Shown in pieces: positions 18,062 to 29,147 of a stretch of DNA of 45,983 bases. A program made the position numbers and the translations under genes. The DNA comes from an uncultured bacterium (GTDB lineage: Bacteria; Patescibacteriota; Minisyncoccia; Phycocordibacterales; UBA918): positions 1-45,983 of the forward strand of contig CAJXAG010000001.1 of NCBI GenBank assembly GCA_913050645.1. Direction: 5' to 3'. The notes beneath the pieces are model-generated. The model made no database searches and had not been told where the DNA came from. It saw only the letters and a program-made list of their open reading frames with translations. Position 1 is the first letter of the stretch, and each line of letters opens with the position of its first letter.

Positions 18062-21000
18062 AGACAAGCAACTGTGCCAAGTGACAATACTCGCTTTCCT
18101 TTTCGTCACACGGCTTAGTCAGAAAATCACCTGCAATAATTTCTTTTGTGACCGTAATAATTTCTTGTTTGAGTACTGCAATCTCTTTCGCCGTTATCGT
18201 AAACGTCTCTTCGTGTATCACTCCCTTACTGTCGGGCTCTACAAACGACAGTGTCCCTGTGTTGGTTACATACCGCTCATCGTCATACAGTGAAAGGAGC
18301 AGGGCATAAAACACTAACTGTCTTTTATAGCCACCATCAGAGCTCGCAGTCTTTCCTTCAATCACATTTCGTGTCTTTGGCTTTCCTGTTTTGTAGTCAA
18401 CCACGCGCACCGCAAAGCCTTCATCGTTTAAGTCGAGTCGATCGAGCATACCGGTAAGTGGCAGCTCGGGAAGTTCAGGGATGTCAGTTTGCAACACTAC
18501 ACGTAGTTTCAGCTCTTCTTTGGTCTGTTTCGGCAATGTCGATTCCATATGCTGCATGTACCCATACAGCACCTCAAGACCCCGTGCATGCAGCCGTGTA
18601 TGATCTTCTGTGGTAATCGGCATACGCCCAAGTTCTACCTCTAACTTCTCTTTGACTTTCGTGTCGCTTGGAAATACACCGTCTGCCGTATGGTGCCCCG
18701 TAATATACTCAAGTGTATTATGCACTGCTGTACCAAACTGCATATGCACCGGCTGTACCTCAGGAATCCGGAGCACATTACGATAGAGGTAATCCCACGG
18801 ACTCCGTAAATAATTATTCAACGACGTCGCAGAAAATCCACGTTCAGCCAAAAGGTGTGTCAGAAGCTGGACGTCAATAGCAACAGACTTCTTGCTTTGC
18901 GTAAGCATTGCTGCTGGGTCAAACTGCTGCTCTGCTTCTGTGGTTTCCAGTGTTTGGTATACGTCATCTGCGATATCAGCAAAGAGTCGTGTGGTTTGCA
19001 ATTCCTTCCCGTCAGCATTTGTTTGTGAGCACGACAAGTGAAGCTCCTTCTTTGCACGTGTCATCACCACATAGAGCAAACGCCGCTCGTCATCTATCGG
19101 GTCAAAATCTTCTTCCTTCAGATGTTTCGTAACGGGAATATCGAAATACTTTCGCTTGGTAGACCCACCCCACGAACTATCTTGCAGGTGTGGTGCATAC
19201 ACGACCTCGAACTCCAACCCTTTGGACTTATGTGCGGTCATCACCTGCACCGCAGCTGAGTTTGTTGCGATGTATGGCGCATTCAGTGGTAGTCCATACT
19301 CACGAGCTGTTGTAAACACTGCCTCCACCTGCGCGAGCGTTCCCGCACCATCGCGTCGCACCAGCTCTTCTACCTCATCATAAATACGGCGCACCACCCG
19401 TGCTCCTTCAAATGGGTCGTGTTCCATAACGTGATCTAAAAATCCACTCTCTTGCAAAACAAACGCAAGTACCTGATGTGGTGCTTCGTGTACCTCACGC
19501 TTTCGTGCATCGTCGAGTACTTGTGATACGCGCAATACTGCTTCAATGTCCTCCACACCTATCTCCTTGAGTTTCTGCGCATCAGATAACAACGCTCCAA
19601 GCTGCAGAGTGTAGCTGCGGGCAGCAAGCACGCGCACCAAGTCATTATTACCAATTCCCCAATATGCTCCATGCAGCACGGTAAACAGCGCGAGCTGATC
19701 GCCGGCACTCACTACCGCGGCAATCAGACTCTGCACTGCCTGTGTTATCGGGTGTCGAAGAATATCACCATCTGCTGACGCCGTAACTGCAATGCCCTTT
19801 TTGCGAAGCATCTCTGCAAGTGCTTCCACTTCACGATTGGTGCGTACAATCACCGCAATCTCCTGTGCTTCTGTTCCCGTATCAATTTTTTGCTTTATTT
19901 CATTTGTTATCACCTCATCCTCAACTGCCTGATGCGAGAAGTCTTGATAGGATACCTGCGAAGCATGCACCGCTTCAGCAGACAGCGGCACACGCAAGTC
20001 CTTAAGTGGCCCGTCTTCAACTTCAACAAGCGAGTGTGCTGCATCGAGGATCTCCTGTCCAGAACGATAGTTTTCGGTTAGCGCAATCGTTTTGGTACCT
20101 TTAAACAAGTCTTCAAAATATAAAAAGTTCTCAAGCGATGCTCCCTGGAATCGATAAATAGCCTGCTTTTCATCACCTACTGCAAAAATATTTGGCGAAT
20201 CATGGTATGAAGCAAGTAATTCGAGTATTCTGTTCTGTGAACCGTTCACGTCCTGGTGTTCGTCAGCAAGAATGTACTGATACTGCTCTTGCAAGTCACG
20301 AAGCATATCTTCACTACTCTCAAGCGCATGAACACTCTGCGTAATCATGTCATCAAAGTCATAAAGTTTTTGCTCACTAAGGAGTTGCTGGTACGCTCGA
20401 TACACCGTAAGCAGCTCACGATTTTTTGTGATTGCCTTTTCTTTCTTGGTGTACTCACCGCGCACCTTTCCTTTATGGGCGCCCTTTTGGTGAATCTTTT
20501 CGATCCCCTGAAGGTCCTCTTCTTGTTGTGCAATTATTCTTGCAAACGCATCGGGAGTAAAGTACTCCTGCTTCAATGTTCCAATAATACGTAAAATGTG
20601 CGGTACGTAATACGCAGGGTTCCCCATTGGTCGCAATACGGTGTAGTCACCACTCTCAAGGACATCCTCAATAAGCTTTATCTTTTCAATATCGCTGGCG
20701 GGTCGCCCACCAATCACACGTTCAAACGCATCAGAGTATTCCTTAATCAACTTCCCAGCAAAACCATGAAAGGTAAAGATAGGGACACGGTATGCTTCGC
20801 TCCCCACATACCGCCGTAAGCGCTCACGCATCGCTTTTGCTCCTGACTCGGTAAAAGTAAGTGCGAGAATACTCTCTGGAGCGGTATCAGTCTTTAAAAG
20901 GATGTTCGCAATACGTAAGGTGAGGATCTGCGTTTTCCCGGTACCCGGACCCGCAATCACCATCACCGGACCTTCAACAGTATCTACTGCTTCTTTCTGA

Positions 21001-21065
21001 GCAGCGTTGAGCATCCCATACGCCTCTTTAAAAGCTTGTTCATTCATATCCATGTCTGTTGCCAT
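18060..21065 (-). CDS. UvrD/REP helicase fused to PD-(D/E)XK nuclease
   Basis: AGPGTGKT, DEHQD, GDEKQAIYRFQGA, HKSKGLEF, GMLDRLD..VVDYKTG, QLVFY; ATG at 21065. Confidence 0.9.
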   Translation of the reverse strand: MATDMDMNEQAFKEAYGMLNAAQKEAVDTVEGPVMVIAGPGTGKTQILTLRIANILLKTDTAPESILALTFTESGAKAMRERLRRYVGSEAYRVPIFTFHGFAGKLIKEYSDAFERVIGGRPASDIEKIKLIEDVLESGDYTVLRPMGNPAYYVPHILRIIGTLKQEYFTPDAFARIIAQQEEDLQGIEKIHQKGAHKGKVRGEYTKKEKAITKNRELLTVYRAYQQLLSEQKLYDFDDMITQSVHALESSEDMLRDLQEQYQYILADEHQDVNGSQNRILELLASYHDSPNIFAVGDEKQAIYRFQGASLENFLYFEDLFKGTKTIALTENYRSGQEILDAAHSLVEVEDGPLKDLRVPLSAEAVHASQVSYQDFSHQAVEDEVITNEIKQKIDTGTEAQEIAVIVRTNREVEALAEMLRKKGIAVTASADGDILRHPITQAVQSLIAAVVSAGDQLALFTVLHGAYWGIGNNDLVRVLAARSYTLQLGALLSDAQKLKEIGVEDIEAVLRVSQVLDDARKREVHEAPHQVLAFVLQESGFLDHVMEHDPFEGARVVRRIYDEVEELVRRDGAGTLAQVEAVFTTAREYGLPLNAPYIATNSAAVQVMTAHKSKGLEFEVVYAPHLQDSSWGGSTKRKYFDIPVTKHLKEEDFDPIDDERRLLYVVMTRAKKELHLSCSQTNADGKELQTTRLFADIADDVYQTLETTEAEQQFDPAAMLTQSKKSVAIDVQLLTHLLAERGFSATSLNNYLRSPWDYLYRNVLRIPEVQPVHMQFGTAVHNTLEYITGHHTADGVFPSDTKVKEKLEVELGRMPITTEDHTRLHARGLEVLYGYMQHMESTLPKQTKEELKLRVVLQTDIPELPELPLTGMLDRLDLNDEGFAVRVVDYKTGKPKTRNVIEGKTASSDGGYKRQLVFYALLLSLYDDERYVTNTGTLSFVEPDSKGVIHEETFTITAKEIAVLKQEIITVTKEIIAGDFLTKPCDEKESEYCHLAQLLV

Positions 21066-21340
21066 ATTGCAGTAAGTATACCCTACCCTTACTTTAACGT
21101 CGTCGGATCGACACATATTCCTTTCGTCGCAACTCTTCAATTACAAGAACAGACGACTGGAACACGGCATCCAACGTTACAAGTCGACGTTTAAGTCAAT
21201 GTGGCAACTACATTACTTCTATGTATACATAAAGTCATGTCACACTTCCTGTCTTTGCTAATATACAACGCAAAAGTAAAGGTCGGGGTATACCAAAAAT
21301 AAAGAGCGTCTCATGCCAGACGCTCTTTTGGTTTTTATGT

Positions 21341-21789
21341 CTACGCTGCGGCAACTGACGTATTTGCAGACTCTGACTCCAATGCCAGAGAAACCAAACA
21401 CCATCTTCACCACGCTGATTCCAAAGTGGGATCACCGTTATGGTCGTATAGTTTAGCTCGTGCAGAATACTCCGAACAAGTGCCGTGGCCTTCAGGATGT
21501 CTTCTTTATGTCGCACATCGTCAACAGGGTGGCCGGCACATTCAGCATGGCCAGAAACAAAAATAATTTCTGACCCATGATTTCCAATAGATACAGGAAG
21601 CTGATCACGCAGCTTTTGCACAAACAGTGCATGCTTCGGATGGCCCACATCGGCCAAAACCCCTACGGTACCAGGCCCATCACAGACACTGTCTACAAAC
21701 AATCCTTGTGCATAATCCTGCACCGCTTTCTTGTCTCGACCGTCCATGCACCATACCGCACCGGCGAATTTTTCATTTTTTGCGCTCAT
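21341..21789 (-). CDS. Beta-type carbonic anhydrase-like protein (probable 1-nt frameshift near 21392; uncorrected ORF runs to 21235)
   Basis: CMDGR and GHAECAGH Zn-ligand motifs; own promoter and AAGGA; hairpin 21301-21328 lies inside the uncorrected ORF. Confidence 0.6.
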
Positions 21790-21969
21790 AGTTTTTCCTT
21801 ATGTTCAATTACTGTTCTGGTGAACACTTGTCACACAGTGGGCCATACTACGCCTATTTATACGAAAAGCAACCCTCTTTAAACACAGTTTTGACAGACC
21901 GAAAATCATGTATCAAACCTGCATAACTACACTATACAAATGAAATAACAAGAGTATGATACCAACCTT

Positions 21970-22428
21970 ATGGAAGTAAAAGATATTGTAAAAGAAGCAG
22001 TCACCATTGGCGAAGAAGCCTCTTTCAAAGACGCTATTGCTCTCATGATTAATGAAAAGACCAACTCTTTATTAGTAACAGATGGAGATGGTGTATTAAT
22101 CGGAGAAGTAACCGTATCAGACTTACTCGAAGCTATTGTCCCTGAGTACCTCTCAGGTGACAGTGTAGCGGCTCACTTTGCAACAGGAGCAATGTTTGAC
22201 GAAGCTGTCGAACATGCAGCAGAAAAGCAAGTGCAATTTTTCATGACCACAGACATCAGTCCGGTGCAAGAAACTGAAAGCGCTATGGCAGTTGCAGCTA
22301 ATGCAATTGCGCACAGGCGTGTTCGCATTCCCGTTGTAGACGCAAATGGCAAACCGGTTGGTATTATTTCTCGCCGAGGCCTGAAACACATTATCGGCAA
22401 CGCACTACATATTACTGACGAAAAATAA
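21970..22428 (+). CDS. CBS domain protein
   Basis: LLVTDGDGVLIGEVTVSDL, IPVVDANGKPVGIISR. Confidence 0.88.
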   Translation: MEVKDIVKEAVTIGEEASFKDAIALMINEKTNSLLVTDGDGVLIGEVTVSDLLEAIVPEYLSGDSVAAHFATGAMFDEAVEHAAEKQVQFFMTTDISPVQETESAMAVAANAIAHRRVRIPVVDANGKPVGIISRRGLKHIIGNALHITDEK

Positions 22429-22436
22429 TACTGAAC

Positions 22437-23807
22437 ATGGAAACAATTGAGCTTATTGCGCTGCTTATTTTTGGCGTTACATTTTTCTACATTCTGAACG
22501 AACGTATCCACCGTACAGTCATTGGATTGTTTGGTGCGATGACCATGCTTCTTGCGGGTATGTTTTTTGACTTTTATGGTCCCGAAGACCTGCTTGAAGT
22601 TGTAGATTTCAACACACTTGGACTTCTCTTCGGCATGATGCTTTTAGTCGGCATGCTTGAGCACACAGGAGCTTTTCAGTACCTCGGTATCTGGACAGCA
22701 AAGAAAACAAAGGGAAACCCGTGGCTTTTGATGGTTGCGCTTTCGGGGATTACCGCGGGTCTTTCAATGATTCTCGATAACGTCACCACGATCATTTTGA
22801 TTGTACCAATTACGATTATCATTGCTGAGATGATCAAAATAAACCCAACGCCAATTCTTATGGCAGAAGCATTACTTTCAAATGTTGGTGGTACCGGAAC
22901 ACTCGTTGGGGACCCGCCAAATATCATGATCGGGTCTGCAGCTGGATTTTCATTTAACGACTTCTTGATCCACACACTACCGGTTGTACTTATTACCTGG
23001 GTACTGACGCTTGCATTCTTCCGTGTGCTCTTCCGTAAGGACCTAAAAAAGAAACCTCAAAACGTCGAGCAGCTCTTAGCAATGAACGAGAAAGAAGCGA
23101 TTACTGATCCAAAGACACTGAAAAAGCTCCTAGTTGTCTTTGCAATCGTCGTTATTCTGTTTTTCCTACACTCCGCCTTGCACCTTGAGGCTGCAATGGT
23201 TGCACTTATCGGTGCCGCGCTTGCACTTATCTGGATCGCACCACAACATGACCCTCAGAAAGTCATTGAGAAATGTGAACTTTCGGTACTTCTTTTCTTT
23301 GGCTCGCTCTTTGTGATTGTCGGCGGGCTTGAAAATGCCGGAGTCCTTGAGCGTGCGGCACAGTTCATAACCAGTAACGCTGAAAACAGTCTGCTTATGA
23401 CTGCACTTATTATCCTTTGGGCGAGTGCCATTCTCTCAGCAATTGTTGATAACATTCCACTGACCGTAGCAATGATCCCGATTATCACCTATCTCGGCTC
23501 ACAGGGCATTCCCGTGGAACTCCTCTGGTGGGCACTGGCACTGGGTGTTGGCTTCGGCGGAAACGGCTCACCGATTGGCTCGACTGCAGGTGTGATTGTG
23601 GTGGCAAAGTCTGAAAAAACTGATAATCCAATTTCGTTTATCGACTGGATAAAGCAGGGTGTCCCAACCATGATACTCGGTCTCGTCATTGCTACCATCG
23701 CATTGACCGTCTTCACTGAATACTTCATGGAAGACCCGGCAACGGTCTATGCGGTAGAAGTCACTGAAACTAACAAAGAAATACCATACTCTGTTTCTTC
23801 AGACTAA
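22437..23807 (+). CDS. ArsB/NhaD/CitMHS (ion transporter superfamily) permease
   Basis: LDNVTT, NVGGTGTLVGDPPNIMI, SAIVDNIP, GGNGSPIGS. Confidence 0.88.
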   Translation: METIELIALLIFGVTFFYILNERIHRTVIGLFGAMTMLLAGMFFDFYGPEDLLEVVDFNTLGLLFGMMLLVGMLEHTGAFQYLGIWTAKKTKGNPWLLMVALSGITAGLSMILDNVTTIILIVPITIIIAEMIKINPTPILMAEALLSNVGGTGTLVGDPPNIMIGSAAGFSFNDFLIHTLPVVLITWVLTLAFFRVLFRKDLKKKPQNVEQLLAMNEKEAITDPKTLKKLLVVFAIVVILFFLHSALHLEAAMVALIGAALALIWIAPQHDPQKVIEKCELSVLLFFGSLFVIVGGLENAGVLERAAQFITSNAENSLLMTALIILWASAILSAIVDNIPLTVAMIPIITYLGSQGIPVELLWWALALGVGFGGNGSPIGSTAGVIVVAKSEKTDNPISFIDWIKQGVPTMILGLVIATIALTVFTEYFMEDPATVYAVEVTETNKEIPYSVSSD

Positions 23808-23819
23808 ATGCCGTATACC

Positions 23820-23863
23820 GTGCAACAAAAAACTGCGACTTCAGTCGCAGTTTTTTGTTGCAC
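23820..23863. terminator. 21 bp stem hairpin terminator
   Basis: gtgcaacaaaaaactgcgact-tc-agtcgcagttttttgttgcac. Confidence 0.75.
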
Positions 23864-23894
23864 ACAAGAAAATCCAGGTGTACACTTAAGTCAT

Positions 23895-24344
23895 ATGGAA
23901 CTGAAAGACATAACAAAAGAAGCGGTCATTATTTCAGAAAACGGCACCTTTGCTGAAGCACTTGATATGATGCTCAACAACCACACCAACACGCTACTTG
24001 TATCGGGCGAAGATGGCATACTCGTGGGCGAAGTATCAGTATCAGACCTTTTTGAAGGAATGATCCCTATAACAGAGGATGGTGACGCGGCAATGGCACA
24101 CTTTGCAGACGAAATGCACTTCAAGGAAGCACTCCATAACGCAAAAGAAACACCGGTGTTTGAATTTATGTCTTCAGACTTCCACGCGATTACTCCTGAT
24201 GATGATCTTGTAGCTGTGGCAGCAATTGCAGTTGGACACGGACGTGCGCGCATGCCAATTGTTGATCACGAAAACAGACCTATCGGTATGGTCTCACGAC
24301 AAGGCTTAAAACAAATTCTTGGTAAATACATGCACCAACGATAA
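23895..24344 (+). CDS. CBS domain protein (paralog of 21970-22428)
   Basis: MELKDITKEAV vs MEVKDIVKEAV; tandem CBS motifs; ATG at 23895. Confidence 0.88.
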   Translation: MELKDITKEAVIISENGTFAEALDMMLNNHTNTLLVSGEDGILVGEVSVSDLFEGMIPITEDGDAAMAHFADEMHFKEALHNAKETPVFEFMSSDFHAITPDDDLVAVAAIAVGHGRARMPIVDHENRPIGMVSRQGLKQILGKYMHQR

Positions 24345-24364
24345 AAAGCGCCCATAGGCGCTTT

Positions 24365-25144
24365 TTATAGCTTATCGTCAAGATAGACCTCGTACACAGT
24401 TCCGATAAAAAACGGTAACGCAAACAGCAATATAATTTCCTCAAGTGGTACACTCTGACCATAAAATGATATCGTAGCGATATACTCTTGTGTATATCCA
24501 AATACCTTGTACACATTTGCAGATGCAAGAAAGAGGTATATACCTGATGGTACTGCTGCAATAAGTGAGAAATCAATAATACGATCGAAAAATGGTACCG
24601 ACAGACTCTTATGGAGTATCAGGATAGCCAACGCAGAACCAACGAGAATGCCAATCATCCACAGGTATGAGTACGGCAGAAAAATACTATCTGCAACATA
24701 CCGCTGAATTCCTATGAGCACCACTACCGCTACCGAAAAGACTGCAAAAAAGCCAAAACGCTGCCACGCACTTCGCGGTGAGTATATTCCATCGTCAAAA
24801 AACACCTCATACAAAAGTGCCAAGAAAACAACTTGGAATACAATTACAATAAGCATCTCAAGTGGCACAAGATTAAACACACGAGTTTCCATGATTCCGA
24901 TGCTATACCAAAGACCGTACATATGCGCGATACCTTCAAGCAAAAAAGCCACGCCAGCACCAAGTACAGTAACCGACAGCAGTACCATAGGTGGAGCTAC
25001 CGTGAAGCGTGCAAGTGCCAGCGCAGGAACTGCAAAAAGTACCAAAGCAGAAACGAGCATGCCGGCGTCAAACACAAACAGACTCCACAACGCAAGCGTG
25101 TAGTAAAGTACGATTATAGAAAACAAAAGAACCGTTCGATGCAT
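24365..25144 (-). CDS. Polytopic membrane protein, duplicated lycopene-cyclase-like domain
   Basis: Two repeats ending VPLEM and VPLEE preceded by GLWY/VFGY. Confidence 0.5.
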   Translation of the reverse strand: MHRTVLLFSIIVLYYTLALWSLFVFDAGMLVSALVLFAVPALALARFTVAPPMVLLSVTVLGAGVAFLLEGIAHMYGLWYSIGIMETRVFNLVPLEMLIVIVFQVVFLALLYEVFFDDGIYSPRSAWQRFGFFAVFSVAVVVLIGIQRYVADSIFLPYSYLWMIGILVGSALAILILHKSLSVPFFDRIIDFSLIAAVPSGIYLFLASANVYKVFGYTQEYIATISFYGQSVPLEEIILLFALPFFIGTVYEVYLDDKL

Positions 25145-25169
25145 AATTTAGTCCCCTACATTGTACCAA

Positions 25170-25210
25170 ATACAAAAGCACGGAAAGCGAAGCTTTCCGT
25201 GCTTTTGTAT
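25170..25210. terminator. 19 bp stem hairpin downstream of rpoD
   Basis: atacaaaagcacggaaagc-gaa-gctttccgtgcttttgtat. Confidence 0.75.
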
Positions 25211-25229
25211 AAAACTCAATCTTCCTTTA

Positions 25230-25446
25230 CTCAAATCCTGCTACCGAGATGAGATACGCTGCGTGAGAAAGTACTCAACGTACTTTCGCAAGAGGTTGTC
25301 TATGATTCTGAAGTCATGAAGAATCATGGCAACCTAAACAGCTTCAGTAAGAAGCAAGAAAAATTGCCGGAGCCGTACTTAGTGGTACGGTGACCGGCAA
25401 TTTTTTGCAGTCCAACAAAGTAGCTCGCTCGTTAGTAGGATTTGAG
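25230..25446. repeat. Stop-codon-anchored structured repeat, family A (expanded copy, rpoD)
   Basis: 17/19 terminal IR ctcaaatcctgctaccgag/ctcgttagtaggatttgag over rpoD stop; gag-ccgtac..gtacgg-tga core. Confidence 0.8.
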
Positions 25447-26787
25447 ACGGCGGGCCTTGTCGTGCTGTCTAATCTTCTCCAAAGCCTTCGCCTCAATCTG
25501 TCGAATACGCTCTCGGGTTACCCCAAACTCTTTACCTACCTCTTCAAGCGTGTGATAGGTGCCATCGAGTAGTCCATGTCGCATCTCAAGAATCTTTCGC
25601 TCTTTCTCTGAGAGATGATCGAGAATTTCTTGTATCTGATCAGTAAGAATACTGTGTGCAACTTCCTGGTCTGGTGAGACCATCTTCTCGTCTGAGATAA
25701 AGTCAGACAGACGTGAACGATCATCATCGTCACCAATTGGAAGCTCGAGAGAAATAGTATCCTGAGAAATCTTCTCGATCTGGTAAATCTTCTCCACCTC
25801 AACATCCATTTCGGTCGCAATTTCTTCGGGCATTGGATCTCGTCCTAGGTCCTGTGCAAGCCGTCGTGAGACCTGCTTGTACTTTGCCATGGTTTCAACC
25901 ATATGCACTGGAATACGAATAGTTCGAGACTGGTCAGCAAGCGCTCGGGTGATCGCCTGACGAATCCACCATGTTGCGTACGTAGAGAACTTAAAGCCTT
26001 TGAGGTGGTCAAACTTATCTACTGCTTTAAAGAGACCAAGGTTTCCTTCTTGAATAAGATCAAGCAACGTAAGGTCTGGAGAACGACCAACATACTTCTT
26101 GGCAATCGAAACCACCAAACGAAGGTTTGCACGCGCAAGCAAGTTCCGAGCCTCTTCGTCACCGTCAAGAATACGCTGCGCAAGGTCTCGTTCTTCCTGC
26201 GCGGTAAGCAACGGATACTGTCCGATTTCTCGCAGATACATCTGAATAGAATCGTAGCTGCTGTCGTTACGCTTGTATGCATTCTTCTGCGCAATCACTT
26301 CTGCAGACGGATCGGCACCCAGCATGCCCCCACTGGAGAGCACGTCAATTCCGGCAATTGAAAAGTTCTCGTACATTACCTCAAGAAATGGCACTTCCTT
26401 TTCAATCTGTGGGAAATACTTAAGAATCTCATCATACGTCACATACCCCCGCTCCTTTCCAAGTTTCATCAGCTCAGTCTGCTTCGCACGTTGCAATTTT
26501 TGAGATTTCGTTAGTTTCTTCGCGACCTTCTTTACGGTCTTTTTTGACACCTTTTTAGCCACAACTTTCGTCGCGGTCTTCTTTGTTGTCTTTTTAGTTG
26601 TCTTCTTTGCAGTTTTCTTTACTGCGGTTTTTTTGGCAGATGTTTTTTTAGCTGTAACCTTTGTGGTTTTTTTTGCTACTTTTTTTGTTGCCTTTTTTAC
26701 GGTTTTTTTAACCGCCTTTTTTGCTTGCCCGTTAAGTTTCTGTGAAACTTTTTGGGTTGATTTCTTGGTTGCTTTTTTTGCGACCAT
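25432..26787 (-). CDS. rpoD: Primary RNA polymerase sigma factor with Lys/Ala/Thr-rich N-terminal extension
   Basis: [57 protein letters not shown]; downstream of dnaG. Confidence 0.95.
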   Translation of the reverse strand: MVAKKATKKSTQKVSQKLNGQAKKAVKKTVKKATKKVAKKTTKVTAKKTSAKKTAVKKTAKKTTKKTTKKTATKVVAKKVSKKTVKKVAKKLTKSQKLQRAKQTELMKLGKERGYVTYDEILKYFPQIEKEVPFLEVMYENFSIAGIDVLSSGGMLGADPSAEVIAQKNAYKRNDSSYDSIQMYLREIGQYPLLTAQEERDLAQRILDGDEEARNLLARANLRLVVSIAKKYVGRSPDLTLLDLIQEGNLGLFKAVDKFDHLKGFKFSTYATWWIRQAITRALADQSRTIRIPVHMVETMAKYKQVSRRLAQDLGRDPMPEEIATEMDVEVEKIYQIEKISQDTISLELPIGDDDDRSRLSDFISDEKMVSPDQEVAHSILTDQIQEILDHLSEKERKILEMRHGLLDGTYHTLEEVGKEFGVTRERIRQIEAKALEKIRQHDKARRLKSY

Positions 26788-26831
26788 AGTGTCCAGTACT
26801 ATACAGTATATTGCAGAAAAAACCAGCTCTT

Positions 26832-28613
26832 TTAGTCCAGCTTTCTCCCCTCTTCGTAACCAAATAGCATCAGATCAACTTCAAGTTCCTTTTGCTCTTT
26901 TTGAAGTTTGTCTATCGCCACAATTGCTTCCATCTGAGCTTTGTCATCACCCGTACGTAACTTCTGATCATACTCTGCGCGTTTCTCTTTTCCGAGAAGT
27001 CCTGCGAGCTCATTAAGCTCCGCGGCTATATCGCTGAGCACCTGCTTAATCGGCAACCGCTCAATATCTTCAGCAAGTCGAAATGGGAGATTCCCAATTT
27101 CTTCTGCAGAATAGAGCTCACGCATATCCTGAGCAGACTTCCCGGTGACTTTTTGCAAATGTTCGGCCAGTGGCGGCACATGCTCTTTGGGCAATTCATC
27201 AATAAGCACTGCAAATCGTTTTAATAAAGCTTCTTTTCGTTGCATGGATTCTTTTGTGTTTGGTTCTGGTTTTACAGGAGCTTGTTCCTGCGACACTGCG
27301 GTGCGCGCAGCTCTTTGCTCTTCTTCTTGTATTTTCTCTATAAAACGCTGTGTCTCAGCATGAATGGCGTCTTTTGTAGTCCCGAGACGCTGCGCAATCA
27401 ACCCTTCGAAGTGTTCTTGGTCAATACGGTTTGGGATACGGGCAACGTATGGAAGAATCTCTTCTCGTGCTTTAAGCTTAAATGCTCGCTCGTCTTTATT
27501 CTGGTCTTGCAGCACATCAAGTAAGTACTCGATCACATGTGTTGCGTGCCCCACCATCTTCTTAAACTCCGCAGCATCTTTTTGAATAATGTCCGCAGGG
27601 TCTTCTCCGTCAGGCATACGCACCACCTTTACATCCATTCCGCGTGAAAGCATCAGCTCTGCTGCTTTCTTCACTGCAGCGATTCCAGCTCGGTCAGCAT
27701 CAAGTGCAAGCACTGCCCGATTACTTAACCGTTGCAGTAGCATAACGTGGTGTGCCGTCAATGCCGTACCTGAGATCGCTATGGTGTTTCCATATCCTGC
27801 CTGGTGCGCCATAACGACATCAAACTGCCCCTCTACGCACAGACAAAAATCCATGGTACGAATGCCTTGCTTTGCCTTATCGTATCCGTAGAGAATTTCA
27901 GACTTGTTAAACAGCTCCGTCTCCGGTGAGTTTACATACTTTGGTGCTTCAGAGTCTTTGGTAAGGATGCGCCCCGAGTATGCAACTACATGACCCGCAT
28001 TATCAAAAATCGGAAACATGATACGGTCACGAAACAGATCATATGCTTCCTTCCCTGCATCAGCACCTTTGGCGAGTCCTGCTTTGAGTAATTCTTGAGT
28101 AGTGAACTTCTCTGCCTCAAGCGCATTTTTAAGCTCTCGCCAACCATGGTCAGGTGGGCCAGGTGCGTAGCCAATACGCCACTTTGCAATGGTTTGAGGG
28201 GTAACCCCGCGGTCCTCTAGGTACTGTTGCGCTTCAGGTTTCTTGTGTCGATACTCTTCAAAAAATTTCGTAGCGTGCTCAAGTACATCGTACTGTCGTT
28301 CACGCTCAGTACGTTTTTGCGGATCTTCTCGCACCAGCTCTACGCCCGCTTTCTCTGCAAGAATCTTCAACGCGCCCTTAAAGTCGACCCCTTCCATTTC
28401 TTGCACAAAGGTAAAGATGTCACCGCCTTGCGAAGTTGAAAAGCAGTAGTACATACCGCGATCAGGAGACACATAAAAAGAAGGGGTCTTTTCAGTAGTA
28501 AAAGGGCTCTTACCCTTCATATTTTTCCCCGCAGGATGCAACTCAACATACGGTGCAATCACATCCACCACCGAAAGCCGCTCTTTTATCTGTCGTACTG
28601 CATCACCTGCCAT
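26832..28613 (-). CDS. dnaG: DNA primase
   Basis: [38 protein letters not shown] at 28613. Confidence 0.95.
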   Translation of the reverse strand: MAGDAVRQIKERLSVVDVIAPYVELHPAGKNMKGKSPFTTEKTPSFYVSPDRGMYYCFSTSQGGDIFTFVQEMEGVDFKGALKILAEKAGVELVREDPQKRTERERQYDVLEHATKFFEEYRHKKPEAQQYLEDRGVTPQTIAKWRIGYAPGPPDHGWRELKNALEAEKFTTQELLKAGLAKGADAGKEAYDLFRDRIMFPIFDNAGHVVAYSGRILTKDSEAPKYVNSPETELFNKSEILYGYDKAKQGIRTMDFCLCVEGQFDVVMAHQAGYGNTIAISGTALTAHHVMLLQRLSNRAVLALDADRAGIAAVKKAAELMLSRGMDVKVVRMPDGEDPADIIQKDAAEFKKMVGHATHVIEYLLDVLQDQNKDERAFKLKAREEILPYVARIPNRIDQEHFEGLIAQRLGTTKDAIHAETQRFIEKIQEEEQRAARTAVSQEQAPVKPEPNTKESMQRKEALLKRFAVLIDELPKEHVPPLAEHLQKVTGKSAQDMRELYSAEEIGNLPFRLAEDIERLPIKQVLSDIAAELNELAGLLGKEKRAEYDQKLRTGDDKAQMEAIVAIDKLQKEQKELEVDLMLFGYEEGRKLD

Positions 28614-28724
28614 AGTCAGAGTATTATACGCGAAAGTTAATGACAACGCACAGAACTTGACTTTTTTATAATTTTATAGAGAATAGCTATAGAAACAACA
28701 TTCTATGTTCTGGAGGAGACATCA

Positions 28725-29048
28725 ATGAAATACACATACGTAGTTCGCTTGCAACTTAGAGGTGGGGTAGTAACTTTAAAGAATTTTACCTCAGAATGTC
28801 CAATCAATACCGGACACACACTAATTGTCAGAATGGATGTAATTCACTGGCTTTGCGGACTCGAACTTCGAGTCTTGAAGGTACAACATCTAAAAAACTT
28901 GATTGCTCGCCACAACGATCCTGACATATCATCCCTTATGGTTGACTTTGCAAAACAAGAGATTCGCGAGCATCTAGAAAAAATAGGTGATAAAAAAGTG
29001 ATCGGCTCATTCGAAGCTCACGGCTGGCAATACAAAGCCAACTCATAG
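28725..29048 (+). CDS. Hypothetical protein (cassette 1 of array)
   Basis: TTGACT at 28657, GGAGGA SD, hairpin after stop. Confidence 0.7.
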   Translation: MKYTYVVRLQLRGGVVTLKNFTSECPINTGHTLIVRMDVIHWLCGLELRVLKVQHLKNLIARHNDPDISSLMVDFAKQEIREHLEKIGDKKVIGSFEAHGWQYKANS

Positions 29049-29049
29049 G

Positions 29050-29147
29050 CATCCCCACAAACCTCGCTTGGTTTAGCGGGGTTTGTTTTTATCTACCACT
29101 ATGTTAGGTTTGATACAAATGTTCATCCAGCAGAAAGGAGGTTTATT
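29050..29147 (+). repeat. Cassette spacer repeat 1 (terminator, extended -10, SD)
   Basis: Aligns with 29549-29643: catcccc, aaaccYcgc..gcggggtttgttttt, cactatg.ta.gtttga.acaaa, aaaggag. Confidence 0.8.
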
